A stretch of DNA of 64,000 nucleotides from Octopus vulgaris. Its lineage: Eukaryota. Location: NCBI GenBank assembly GCA_951406725.2, contig OX597833.1, forward strand, positions 19,778,001-19,842,000, written 5' to 3'. The notes under the pieces are model-generated. The model saw only the letters and a list, made by a program, of their open reading frames with translations, searched no databases and had not been told where the DNA came from. A program made the position numbers and the translations under genes. Shown piece after piece: positions 38,211 through 50,908 of this stretch (positions are counted from its first letter, which is position 1; each line of letters starts with the position of its first letter).

Positions 38211-38767
38211 CTCTTTTGCTGGACCACTAAGTTACAGAGACATAATAACATCAACACCAGTTGTCAAGCAGTAGACAGAAAGACATACACATGCATATAC
38301 ACACACATGCATACACACACACATACATATACACACACACGTTTATACACACACATACATATATGATCACCTTTCAGTTTCTGTCTATCAAATCAACTCA
38401 TGAGGCTTTGGATGACCTAGGGCTATAGTAAAAGATATTTGCTCAAGGTGCCAAGCAGTGGGACTAAATCCAGAACCATGTGGCCGGGAAGCAAACTTCT
38501 AACTACAAAGCTATACCTGGGCTTCTTTCAGTTTCCATATACAAAATCCACTCACAATTCTTTGGTCATCCCAAGGCTTACCACACACCTATTCCTGTGT
38601 CTTTTCTGCCTTATTTTCAATCAGTTATTGGGATGTGATTTGCCAGGCAGAAGCTATCAACCCTGTTTATATTCATTATTTGCTGTATGCAGGGAGGGTC
38701 GGTGGTCCTAAGATTGTGTAACATTAGGAGAATTATAAAGAATGCAAAATAAGTTAGTTTCAATTAC

Positions 38768-38829
38768 CAGTATGGAATTTTCTCAAGATTTTCCCTTGCT
38801 ATTTTCTTAATGAGGTCTTTCATAGATTT
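38768..38829 (-). CDS. LRRC74-like exon (degenerate second EF-hand helix)
   Basis: ttcttttttcAG; KSMKDLIKKIARENLEKIPY(C); GTAATT donor; phase 0 to 2. Confidence 0.72.
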
Positions 38830-39045
38830 CTGAAAAAAGAATTTTAATAAAAAACTTTCTTTTAAAGACTATACCAGTTTCCTTTGGAAAACAAAACAAA
38901 ATCTAGAAATTTTCTTTAAAGTTCTTAGAACTTCCAAAATTTTCACTACTAAAGTAGTGACTGAGAAAGGCACCCCTATTATCAGTTTCACCCCTTTTTT
39001 TTCTCTCTCTCTCTCACTCACTCTCTTTCATTCTCTGAATTTGTA

Positions 39046-39089
<44 letters not shown>

Positions 39090-40050
39090 TGGTGATAGTG
39101 CCACATAAAAAGCTCCCTGTACACTCTGTAAAGTGGTTGGCATTAGGAAGGGCATCTAACCATTGAAACCAAGCCAAAATAGGCTATGGAACCTGATGTG
39201 GTCCCTGATCTTGCCAGTTCCTGTGAAGCCGTCCAGCCTATGACAGCACAGAAAACAGATGTTAAATGATGATGATGACGACGATATATATATATATATA
39301 TACTATACACACACACACATACACACACACACACTCTGCCAACCATATTACACATATAAACATATATCAATCTTTTAAAAAGTAAAAATGAAATTTCACA
39401 CTGTAGACTATGTTTTGTGGATTTTTTGCTCCGAGCACCTTTTACCTTACACGCAAGTTCTAATATTTCTTGTAGGCAAACTGCGTTATAACCAGGCAAT
39501 GCACCATAATATGTCTGCCACTATCAGTTTTAGTAAATATGAAAAACCAGCTCAAGGTGGCTGTGGTTGATAAGAGACACACAGGTGGAACTGTCTGTAG
39601 ATGAAGACTAATTCAGTCCTTGCTGCTCTGCTTAGGCTAAGGAGTGAAACACTCGTAACCCTGAGATACCTGGTGATGATAAAAAAAGGGTTTCCAACAT
39701 TGATTTCAAATTCTGACACAAGGCCAGCAATTTTGCGGGAGGAGGTTAAGTTGATTAGATTGACCCCGATGCTCATCTGGTGCTTATTTTATTGACCCCA
39801 AGAGGAAGAAAGGCAGCATTTGAACTCATAACATAAAGACAGACTAAAGGCTGCTAAACATTTTGCCTGGCCTGCAAATGGTTTTCCCAGGATGGATTCA
39901 GAAGAAAGAGCTAAGCTTGCAAAACCTCTAAGTATAACCGGAAGATGGATTTAGTATTAATCTTTATTTTGTTTTAATGGTTGTTTTGGCCCATCCTTCT
40001 ACTGTCCCATAAGGGACAGTAGCATGTGTTACATCCATTTTGTAGTCTGG

Positions 40051-40107
<57 letters not shown>

Positions 40108-40108
<1 letters not shown>

Positions 40109-40501
40109 GGAAATGAAGAAAATGCTGACAAAATAATTGAAGTAATTTAAGTAATTTAATTAGGTGAAAGTTCTTTTTACCGGTTGCGCATTTGTTATGC
40201 TTATCAAAATATAAAAGAGAGATTAGAGTTCCTTTCTGATAGATTTTTTCCTCTTATCTGATAAAAAAGGAAATGAAGAAAATGCTGACAAAATAATTGA
40301 AGTAATTTAAGTAATTTAATTAGGTGAAAGTTCTTTTTACCTCTTATCAGATAAGAGGAAAAAATCTATCAGAAAGGAACTCTAATCTCTCTTTTATATT
40401 TTGATAAGCATAACAAATGCGCAACCGGTAAAAAGAACTTTCACCTAATTAAATTACTTAAATTACTTCAATTATTTTGTCAGCATTTTCTTCATTTCCT
40501 T
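40108..40501. repeat. Foldback with ~157-bp arms and an internal direct repeat, between (TA)n tracts
   Basis: Arms 40108-40264 / 40343-40501; the spacer repeats the first ~75 bp of the left arm. Confidence 0.9.
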
Positions 40502-40539
40502 TTTTATATATCACAACTCGTGTTCGACATCTCCTTTTT

Positions 40540-40575
<36 letters not shown>

Positions 40576-40641
40576 TACATAAAATTTTTTAAAATGTGTA
40601 GTAAATAAACATCCAAACATACTAAATACACAGACGAACAA

Positions 40642-40676
<35 letters not shown>

Positions 40677-41966
40677 CGAGGGGCGTTCAATAAGTAATGC
40701 CCCTGACCCACTTCCCATAGCAGTAGAGCAACGAAACTTGGCACAGGTATTAGTCTTTTTCAGCATAGGAATCATCCAGAGTTACGCATTTCTCCCATCG
40801 TTTGATACAGCTCTGGAGACCGTTTTCATAGAAGATCCCAGCTTGGTCCTCCAACCACGACGTGACTTCAGAAATCAAGGCTGCATCATCTGGGAAACGC
40901 TTTCATTTCAAAAACAACTTCATGGCTGGGAAGAGGTGAAAATCAGAGGGTGCAAGGTCAGGAGAGTAGGGGGATGGGGAAAGTGTTCATAGCCGCACGC
41001 CTGTGCTTCTGATCTGGCGACACGCGAGTTGTGGACCGGAGCGTTGTCCTGCAGGAGGAGGATGCCTTTGCTGATCTTGCCCCACCTCTTGGTTTTGATA
41101 GCTTCTCTTAATTTCCTCAAAAGTGAAGCATGACAGGCTCCTGTAACTGTGGTACCCTTTGCCAGGAAATCTGTCATCACTACTCTGTCCTGGTCCCAGA
41201 AGACTGTGAGCATGACCTTGCCAGCGGAGGGCTGCACCCTTGCCTTCTTTGGAGGAGGCGATCTTGGTGCTTCCACTGCATTGACTGGGCTTTGGTCTCT
41301 GGATCATGGTGAAGGACCCAGGTTTCATCCTGTGTAATCAGTCTTTTGAAAAATATTGACTCATCTTCTTGGCACATCCCTAAATTCATCCTCGAGCACT
41401 CAACGCGTTCTTGCTTCAGGAAAAGTGTGAGCAACCTGGGAATCCCTCTGGCAGACACCTTTTGCATATGCAAATGGTCATGAATGATAGTTTCCACAGA
41501 CCCGGTACTAATCTTGACCTCATGGGCTATTTGGCGAATAGTTATGCGTCCATCTTCCAAAATGGCAGCCTCAACTTGACGGACAGATGCCTCATCAATG
41601 ACAGAAGGGGTGCGACCAGATCTGGGAGCTGTTTCCACAGAGTTCCGACCATGTTTGAATTCACGATGCCAGCGTTTTACAAGGTCATATGATGGGGCAT
41701 CATCACCATAAGTTATTTTCGTTTCATCAAAAGTCTCCTGTGGTGTGTGTCATTTCAAATACAAAAACCGGATCACTTCTCGACACTCAGCAGGCTCCAT
41801 TTCCCACTTGACTCATTTTAAACACATGTAAATCAGAAACCACTATTAGTTCGGAGCTGTAATTTGCCACTTAATCTATAGAGATATAAATAATTACACA
41901 TGCAAAATCTCAGCTAGATCAATCAACGGCAAGTGGGTCAGAGGCATTACTTATTGAACGCCCCTC

Positions 41967-41967
<1 letters not shown>
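40677..41967 (-). mobile_element. Full-length mariner (DD34D-type) element
   Basis: TA-cgaggggcgttcaataagtaatgcc ... ggcattacttattgaacgcccctcg-TA, in a (TA)n tract. Confidence 0.95.
40750..41800 (-). pseudogene. mariner transposase, with frameshifts and stops
   Basis: SARGIPRLLT, ITQDETWVLHHDPETK, KVMLTVFWD, LLQDNAPVH and shifted YSPDLAPSDF. Confidence 0.92.
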
Positions 41968-42015
<48 letters not shown>

Positions 42016-42052
42016 TATAAGCATATATATGTACATATGTATATATATATAT

Positions 42053-42460
42053 CAGGAGTGGCTGTGTGGTAAGTAGCTTGCTTACCAACCACATAGTTCC
42101 GGGTTCAGTCCCACTGCATGGCATCTTGGGCAGGTGTCTTCTGCTATAGCCTCAGGCAGACCAATGCCTTGTGAGTGGATTTGGTAGACGGAAACTGAAA
42201 GAAGCTTGTCGTATATATGTATATATATATGTATGTGTGTGTATGTTTGTGTGTCTGTGTTTGTCCCCCTAGCATTGCTTGACAACCGATGCTGGTGTGT
42301 TTACGTCCCCGTCACTTAGCGGTTCGGCAAAAGAGACCGATAGAATAAGTACTGGGCTTACAAAGAATAAGTCCCGGGGTCGATTTGCTCGACTAAAGGT
42401 GGTGCTCCAGCTAGGCCGCAGTCAAATGACTGAAACAAGTAAAAAGAAAAAAGTAAAAAA

Positions 42461-42462
<2 letters not shown>
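42053..42462 (+). mobile_element. SINE family A
   Basis: Colinear with the other copies. Confidence 0.87.
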
Positions 42463-42496
<34 letters not shown>

Positions 42497-42559
42497 GATT
42501 ATATATATATATATATAAGTATACATATGTACATATATATATATATATATATACACATG

Positions 42560-42607
<48 letters not shown>

Positions 42608-42612
42608 CATAC

Positions 42613-42647
<35 letters not shown>

Positions 42648-42895
42648 CATACCATGGGCTTCTGCATAGTTTCTGTTTGCCAAATCTCATTCACAATGTA
42701 ATGGTCAACTTGACACTATGAATGAATACACTTGTCTTATATAGTGTGCATTGGAATTGAACACAAAACCATTTTGTTGCAAAGCAAACTTCTTAACCAC
42801 GCTAATATATCAATGCAGACAAGAGTTCGTTGTTGCATACATTCCTGCTAACGAATAAATGTAAATGTTTCTCTGAAAGGTCATTTTTCTCTTAC

Positions 42896-43054
42896 CAACG
42901 GTATATGGAATCCTGTCTTCTCCAAACACCGTATTGTTGACTCTAACCCGAGATAGCCATCTCTGCTTTTATCAATAGATTTGAAAGATGCCTCAAGGCT
43001 GTGACCATTTTGTCTGATAAAGTCAGACAGTAACTGCAAGAAACTCCTGACTAG
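42896..43054 (-). CDS. LRRC74-like exon (EF-hand)
   Basis: ttcatattgcAG; LVRSFLQLLSDFIRQNGHSLEASFKSIDKSRDGYLGLESTIRCLEKTGFHIPL (F..IDKSRDGYL EF-hand-like loop); GTAAGA donor; phase 0-0. Confidence 0.85.
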
Positions 43055-43361
43055 CTGCAATATGAATAAAGATGAGAAATGGATAGAGTTAAAAAAATAT
43101 AAAAACACAGCAAATCCGCTCAAGAATATATTGTTCTGTTAAAGAATATGAGTCCGTGCGTGTGTGTAGTTTTTTTTACCTGGTTTAGCCATTGGACTGT
43201 GGTCATGCTGGGGCACTGCTTTGAAGGGAAGTCTAGTACTTATTCTATCAGCCTCTTTTGCCAAACTGCTTAGTTACAAGAATGTAAACAGACCAACACT
43301 ACTTGTCAAGTGATAGTGGGTGTACAAACACAAATACACACATGCGTACACACACACACAT

Positions 43362-43540
43362 ACATTGGGGCACTGGGATATATGACACACTGCCTAAATC
43401 CCAATCTTGAGAAATTAGGCTTCTCAAAACCAGAAAGGAGAAAGCTAATCCGAAGACTACAGATCCAAGCCATTATTGGAACTGTAAAAATCTGTAAAAC
43501 TTTCCAGAAGTTTATCATTTAAGCATATATGAGCATGTCT
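43362..43540 (+). mobile_element. 3' tip of a restriction-like-endonuclease non-LTR element
   Basis: IGALG..LQIQAIIGTVKICKTF* resembles the C-terminus at 52270-52422. Confidence 0.55.
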
Positions 43541-43801
43541 AGACATGCAACTACATGCAGGAGAATACATACATAAAACAAAACATACAAATCTGCACAC
43601 ACACACAATCATACATACACACAAACAAACAAAATACCCTGTTGATGTTGAGAGGGGAAGAGGAAGAGAGAGTATATTCATCAATATAAATAAACATGTA
43701 TATGTAAAATCAAACACAGATGTACACTGGCATGCCATTTCATGGTCCACTGTAGATTCCAGATCCAATGTAGGGAAAGTTCCAGGTAAGGTGTAAAACA
43801 A

Positions 43802-44080
43802 GTAAGAACACAAATGGGCTGAGGTTCACTACAGCTGTTTCAGACACATTGTTTATTGATGAACAAATCAATAACATCATGAACAAAAACCATTTTCATC
43901 TGGATCATCACCAAGATGAGTGAGTCAACATCTATTCTATGTGCCAAATCTTAAATTTTAATTCACCTGAAGAAAACAGGTTTTTTTTTCATGATGTAAT
44001 TGATTTGGTCATCAATAAAAAATTTTTTTTTAAATATATCTGAAACAGCTGCAGTGAACCTCAGTCTATTTGTGTTCTTA
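43802..44080. repeat. Diverged foldback, ~100-bp arms
   Basis: gtaagaacacaaatgggctgaggttcactacagctgtttcaga / tctgaaacagctgcagtgaacctcagtctatttgtgttcttac. Confidence 0.82.
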
Positions 44081-44084
44081 CATT

Positions 44085-44452
44085 TGTGGTAAGAAGTTTG
44101 CTTACCAATTACATGGTTCCAGATTCAGTCCCACTGTGTAGCACCTTGGGCAAGTGTCTTCTACTATAGCCTCAGGCTGACCAAGCCTTGTGAGTGGATT
44201 TGGTAGACGGAAACTGAAAGAAGCCTGTTGTATGTGTGCGTATACGACAGATGTGTTGCATACACAACACATGTGTGTTTGATCCCCACTATTGTTTGAC
44301 AACTGATGTTGGTGTGTTTACATACCCATAACTTAGCAGTTCAGGAAAAGAGACTGATAGAATAAGTACTAAGCTCTGAGGTTGATTTGCTTGACTAAAG
44401 GTATTGCTCCAGCATGGCTGAAGTCAAAATGACTGAAATAAGTAAAAGAATA
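44085..44452 (+). mobile_element. SINE family A
   Basis: Colinear with the other copies. Confidence 0.8.
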
Positions 44453-44789
44453 AAATAATTATATGTGTGTGTGTTTGTGTGTGATGGGTTTCTACACAGT
44501 TTTCTGTCTACCAAATTCCCTCCCAAGGAAATGGTTGGTCTGTGGCTAGAGTAGAAGACACTTGCCCAAGGTGCTGCGCAGTTGAACCGGACCCAAAACC
44601 ATATCATTGCCACATGAGCCTCTTAACCATGCAGCTATGCCTAGGAGAAGACCTACTAAAGTGAAGAAATAGTCAAAAAGAATGCTTACATATTTGATAA
44701 ACGGGGAGTGGAGGGTTCTAAGGACCAAGAAAAGGTTCCATATATTGTGACTGAACCAAATGGCCATATCTGTGTCCAATATTTTTTTT

Positions 44790-45245
44790 TCCTGCCTTTA
44801 ACCCTCCAACATGGAGTATAGGCCACTTATAGTTGAATTCCATGTTGCATAATTTTTCACTTCTGTACTAATACTCTGCCATAAATGTCCCCCTTTCTCT
44901 AGTTCCTTTTGTGTTGATCTACGCTACAAATTCTTAGGCCTACCTCTCTTTCTATATCCATTCGGATTCCACTGTAAAGCACTCTTCACTACATTTGGTG
45001 TGTCTTTTCTAATTGTGCTGCCAATCCACTTCCACTTTTTCTTTAATATTTGCTCCCTAATCGAAACTTGATTTGTTCTTTGCTATAGCTCCATATTGCT
45101 TGTGTTCGGACCATCTAATTCTAAGTATACTACGCAAGCATCTCTTGATGAATGATTGTATTTGCTTATTTCTCAGCCCCATACAATAACACTGCTTTTA
45201 CATTAGTATTAAACATTCTTATTTTGTTCTTTATTGAAATTACAC
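44790..45245 (-). mobile_element. Old RTE (BovB-like) LINE 3' fragment
   Basis: SALQWNPNGYRKRGRPK and FNTNVKAVLLYGAE remnants. Confidence 0.7.
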
Positions 45246-45335
45246 TTGCGTTCCATACTTTTGTATCCAATATGTGCAAGGAAAATTAACCAGTATGTAA
45301 ATCAGAATAAAATGGCACTTAACTGTTTCATTTAC

Positions 45336-45452
45336 CACATGCATATCATTACAATCATTAAGCAGCACAATCTTTGTCAGATGAGTTTCTTCTGATGCAA
45401 TATATTGCATTTCCTGAATATAAAAAGACATCTTTTTGCCAAGGTGAACACC
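45336..45452 (-). CDS. LRRC74-like exon (LRR cap/linker)
   Basis: cttttacAG; GVHLGKKMSFYIQEMQYIASEETHLTKIVLLNDCNDMHV; GTAAAT donor; phase 0-0; unique island between repeats. Confidence 0.72.
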
Positions 45453-45516
45453 CTGTAAAAGATAATTAATTTAACAATTATGTTTATGTTATATCGAGGT
45501 AATTGGTAAAATAACT

Positions 45517-45905
45517 TACTCTTTACTCTTTTTCTTGTTTCAGTCATTTGACTGTGGCCATGCTGGAGCACTGCCTTTAATCGAGCAACGCGACCCCGGG
45601 ACTTATTTTGTAAGCTCAGTACTTATTCTATCGGTCTCTTTTGCCGAACCGCTAAGTAATGGGGACGTAAACACACCAGCATTGGTTGTCAAGCAATGCT
45701 AGGAGGACAAACACACACACGCATATACATATATATACATATATATACGATAGGCTTCTTTCAGTTTCCGTCTACCAAATCCACTCACAAGGCTTTGGTC
45801 AGCCCAAGGCTATAGTAGAAGACACTTGCCCAAGGTGCCACGCAGTGGGACTGAACCCGGAACCATGTGGTTGGTAAACAAGCTACTTACCACACAGCCA
45901 CTCCT
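45517..45905 (-). mobile_element. SINE family A
   Basis: Colinear with the other copies. Confidence 0.87.
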
Positions 45906-46544
45906 TGGTCGTTTTTACGATGATCTTTGGAAGAAAATATTGGTTTCAAATTTTGATACAAGGCCAGCAATTTCAGGGCAGTGAGGAAGTCAACTACATT
46001 GACCCCAGTGATTAACTGGAGTTTATTTTATCAACCATAAAAGAATGAAAGGCAAAATGAACCTCAGCAGAATTTGAACTCAACGTAAAGATGGATGAAA
46101 TACTGTGAAGCATTTTGCCTGGCATGCTAATCATTCTGCCAGCTCACTGCCTTAATAATAATAATAATAATACAGTAGTGTCCACCCTTAAGGGTTAACC
46201 ACATTTAAGTGGCAAATATACTTCACAATGTTGTGCAGCTACTGTTTATAACTTGCTCAGAGATTTATTAAATAATAATAATAATTGTCTGAAATTTTGG
46301 CACATGGCTAGGAATTTCAGGGGAGGGAGTAAATTAATTACATCGACCATAGTCCTCAGCTGGTACTTATTTTATTGACCCCAAAAGAATGAAAGACAAA
46401 TTCAACCTTAGTGGAATTTGAATTCAAAACATAGAGATGGACAAAAGGCTGCTGAGCATTTTCCCAATGTGCTAACAATTCTGCCGGCTCACTGTGTTGA
46501 TCTCTGGAACAAATACTAACATGCGAGATATTAACTTTGAACAC

Positions 46545-46718
46545 TCTGTACCAGTGGCACGTAAAAAGCACCCAGGCGTTAGGAAGGGCATCCAGCCGTA
46601 GAAACATTGCCAAATCAGACTGGGCCTGGTGCAGCCTTCTGGCTTCCCAGACCCCAGTTGAACCGTCCAACCCATGCTAGCATGGAAAGCGGATGCTAAA
46701 TGATGATGAGGATGATGA
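46545..46718 (+). mobile_element. RTE 3' tip
   Basis: ggcgttaggaagggcatccagcc..catgctagcatggaaagcgg..(GAT)n. Confidence 0.8.
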
Positions 46719-47070
46719 CTTTAAAAACAGGAAGTTGGTATCATAAAGACAAAGACAGTCTCAGGTGGGTTGGTAACAAAAAACTTGAGATAATTCAGAA
46801 TGGATCTAGTTTGGCATGTTTGGTGGAACCGAGGATAACATATTGCCACAGGTTTTACCCTTTACCATTTAAACTGGCCATATCCAGTCAAAATATTCTG
46901 CCTGTTTTATGTCTAAACCCAGTAAGATCTTGTCACTTGTGCTAGTCTTACAATAGCATTCTGAAGATAAAGAATCACATCATTGAAATCTTGAAACTAT
47001 GAGATAATGCATGATTACTTCAAATCAATGTGGATAAATATGCATTACATTTGACCTTGTGAAGGCTAGT

Positions 47071-47405
47071 GAAGGCGCATGGCTCAGTGGTTAGAGTGTC
47101 GAGCTTATGATCATGAGGTTGTGAGTTCAAATCCTGGACCAGGCTGCGTGTTGTGTTCTTGAGCAAGACACTTTATTTCATGTTGTTCCAGTTCACTCAG
47201 CTGTAGAAATGAGTTGCGACATCACTGGTGCCAAACTGTATTGGCCTTTGCCTTTCCCTTGGATAATACTGGTGGCATGGAAAGGGGAGGCTGGTATGCA
47301 TGGGCGACTACTGGTCTTCCATAAACAACCTTGCCTGGACTTGTGCCTAAGAGGGTAACTTTCGAGGTGCAGTCCCATGGTCAGACATGACTGAAGGGGA
47401 TCTCA
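47071..47405 (+). mobile_element. SINE family C
   Basis: A/B boxes; homologous to 13117-13440. Confidence 0.82.
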
Positions 47406-47619
47406 GCTCAGCAACATTTGACCTTGGTTATGTTTGTACTCGGAACGTAAGGATCTGGAAGTAATGCTGTTATACATTTTGTCTGGTGTGCTAATGATTC
47501 TGCCAGCTCATTGCCTTTCTAATTCTTTCTACTATAAGCACAAAGCCTGAAATTTTGGAGGAGGGAGCTAATCAATTACATTGCCCCCATTGCTCAACTG
47601 GTACTAATTTTGTTCCCCC

Positions 47620-48200
47620 TGAAATCAAATTCGATGACTGACATCTGTGCTAGTGGAGCACTAAGAGTACCTATTTCTTTATTACCCACAAGGGGCTAAA
47701 TGTAGAGGGGACAAACAAGGACAGACATAGGTATTAAGTCGATTACATTGACCCCAGTGTGGAGTACCATACAAGCGTGATCGTTGCCAGAGCAACAAGC
47801 TGGCCTCCATGCTGATGGCACGTAGAAAAGCACCATTCGAGCATGATCATTACCTACGTCGCCTTATTGGCACTCGGGCTGGTGGCACATGAAAAGACAT
47901 TCGAACAAGGTCGTTGCCAGTGCCACTGGACTGGCTCCTGTGCAGGTGGCACATAAAAAGCATCATTGAGCATGGCCGTTGCCAGTACTGCCTGACTGGC
48001 CCTCGTGCTGGTGGCACGTAAAAGCACCCACTACACTCTCGGAGTGGTTGGCGTTAGGAAGGGCATCCAGCTGTAGAAACTCTGCCAGATCAGATTGGAG
48101 TCTGGTGCAGCCATCTGGTTCGCTAGACCTCAGTCAAATTGTCCAACCCATGCTAGCATGGAAAGCGGACGTTAAACAATGATGATGATGATGATAATGA
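47620..48200 (+). mobile_element. RTE 3' UTR copy with a nested SINE B tail (about 47670-47760, - strand)
   Basis: The insert is flanked by repeated gagtacc; (GAT)n tail. Confidence 0.8.
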
Positions 48201-48466
48201 CCTCAAAGGACAAAAAGCAAAGTCAGCCTGAGTAGCTCTTGAACTAAGAACATGGAGAACCAGATGAAACACCACTAAACATTTTCCCCAGCATACTAAC
48301 AATTCTGCCATCTCACCAACTTCTCACGACAGTAAGTAACAACATACTAACAACGCAAAGAGAGAAATTATGAATGACATAATATGATGAATTTGGAAAG
48401 TTCTGGAAGAATGAAGAGAAAGAGTAGCAATGAAATCAATTAATTAGACCTTACTGTATTACATAC

Positions 48467-48556
48467 CTGTAAAGAGAGTAGCATGAGGCTGCTATGGCCT
48501 AAGCACAGTTGGATGAAGGGTCTGGTGTTGTCATCACGAATAGTATTGTTGTCTAA
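48467..48556 (-). CDS. LRRC74-like exon (LRR)
   Basis: ttctttctgtgacAG; LDNNTIRDDNTRPFIQLCLGHSSLMLLSLQ; GTATGT donor; phase 0-0, continues the LRR register. Confidence 0.85.
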
Positions 48557-48897
48557 CTGTCACAGAAAGAACAAGATGGTTAATTACACACAAACACATA
48601 CATAACAGATATAGGTTTGTGTGTATGCATATGTATATAGAGATAAACAAATGTATGTAAATATCAATATATATATGTATATAGTGTGTGTATATAAATA
48701 CATACAGATATATGTACAGGGTGGGCCAAAACACACACACAAAATAAGTTCAATATGTTCAGAAGTTTATCAAAGAGATGCTTCAGTTTTTTTTAAATTG
48801 AATAAAATAATGAATACACATGTACATGTATATGATGAACAAAAATAATAATAATAATAATAATAATAACAATATAATAATAATAATAATAACAACA

Positions 48898-48931
<34 letters not shown>

Positions 48932-49271
48932 TTAACATCCATTGTCCATGCTGGCATAGGTTGGACAGTTTAACCAGGGCTGGCAAGCAGAGGGGCTGTA
49001 CCAGACTCCAGTCTGATTTGGCATGGTTTCCATGGCTGGATGCCCTTCCTAACACCAAACTCTCCAAGAGTGTAATGGGTGTTTTTATATGCCACTGGCA
49101 CAAGTACTGTAATAGGATATTACTGTAGGATATGGTTGAACACACCATTTGTTCTGTGGTGTTTGGCCTCTGCTTTAACCCTCCTTTTTTCTCTCTTACC
49201 TTCTTTTATCGATCATTTCTCTCTTTCTTTGTATTCAAATGTTATTTAAAATGTGATACATTGTATACTCT

Positions 49272-49678
49272 GTTTACTCTTTTACTTGTTTCAGTCATTT
49301 GACTGTGGCCATGCTGGAGCACCGCCTTTAATTGAGCAACTCAACCCCGGGACGTATTCTTTTGTAAGCCCAGTACTTATTCTATCGGTCTCTTTTGCCG
49401 AACCGCTAAGTAACGGGGACATAAACACACCAGCATGAGTTGTCAAGCAATGCTAGGGGGACAAACACAGACACACAAACACACACACGCATATATATAT
49501 ATATACATATATACGACGGGCTTCTTTCAGTTTCCGTCTACCAAATCCACTCACAATGCTTTGGTCGGCCCGAGGCTATAGTAGAAGACACATGCCCCAG
49601 GTGTCTCGCAGTGGGACTGAACCCGCAACCATGTGGTTGGTAAACAAGCTACTTACCACACAGCCACTCCTGCGCCTA
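49272..49678 (-). mobile_element. SINE family A
   Basis: Colinear with the other copies. Confidence 0.87.
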
Positions 49679-50164
49679 TATAATTGATTGTAGAAATAAA
49701 TTTTATTAAGGTTTAGATATTGTCTTTGCCATCTTGCTTTTTGCTAATGTCATTACAATCACTGATTGGCTACAAATTTTGGAACAAGGCCAGAAATTTC
49801 AAGGGTAGTGGGGTAAACCTATTAAATGACCCAGTGCTCAACTGGTACTTATTTTATCAAACCCATCCCCACCAAAGAATGAAAGGTGGCAAAGTTGATC
49901 TCTGTGAATTTGGTGTCTGGTATGCTAAGAATTTTACCAGCTGGACACATATATAATTCTTTTCTACTATAGGCACAAGGCCTGAAATTTGTGGGGAGGC
50001 AGATAGTCGATCACACTGACCCCAGTATTTGACTGGAGCTTAATTTATCAACCCTGAAAGGATGAAAGGCAAAGATGACCTTGGCAGAATTTGAACTCAG
50101 AACATAAAAACAGACAAAATACTGCTAAGTATTTTGCCCAGCATAGAAGATGTATTACAACTAT

Positions 50165-50277
50165 CACTACTACTGCTGCTGCTGCTGCTACTACTACTAC
50201 TACTGCTGCTGCTACTACTACTGCTGCTACTGCTGCTGCCACTACTACTACTACTACTACTGCTGCTGCCACTACTA

Positions 50278-50308
<31 letters not shown>

Positions 50309-50322
50309 CAGTTGCCACTACT
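50165..50322. repeat. (ACT)n/(GCT)n compound trinucleotide repeat
   Basis: Directly visible. Confidence 0.95.
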
Positions 50323-50869
50323 ATTTATTCATTGTTAATTTTTTTCTTTTATTGTAACTTCATATATTTTTTTCATTTTTGCCCTCTCCTACTTCCACCT
50401 ATTTTTTCTATTTTACCCTAACTTCTTTTCTTCTAACATTTCCCCTAACATTCTTTATTAGTATCTCTAACATTTTTTTATCAAGCTCACTAAAGGATTA
50501 TTTTCTGCTAACTGTATTTATTGCCCATAGCAACATATATTGACCACTTCTTTGTATTGACTGTGGAAGACTTATCTCTTTGTTGAGGGACAGATCAATT
50601 TCCAAAGACCATGTGGAGGGAAGACATGTGGCCTAGTGGTTAGGCTATTGCACTCACAACTGGTTTTATTTCCCAGACTGGGTGGTGTGTTATGTTCTTA
50701 AGTAAAGCACATTATTTCATATTGCTCCAGTTCACTCAGCTACAGATGAATAACTGCAATAGACTGGTGTCTTGTTCAGGTAAAATATTATAATCTCAGT
50801 CACTTATATGTTATAGAAACCATGTAGCCAACCCTGTAAGTCCAAGGAATCAAGACAGTAATGTTTTAC

Positions 50870-50908
<39 letters not shown>

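Noticed and set aside
39451-39514. Possible exon TYYGALPGYNAVCLQEILELA (- strand)
   Set aside because: Weak acceptor and a phase-1 end incompatible with the flanking exons; the 38768-38829 exon fits instead.
50048-50421. Poly-T/A/S/L ORFs
   Set aside because: Trinucleotide repeat translations.
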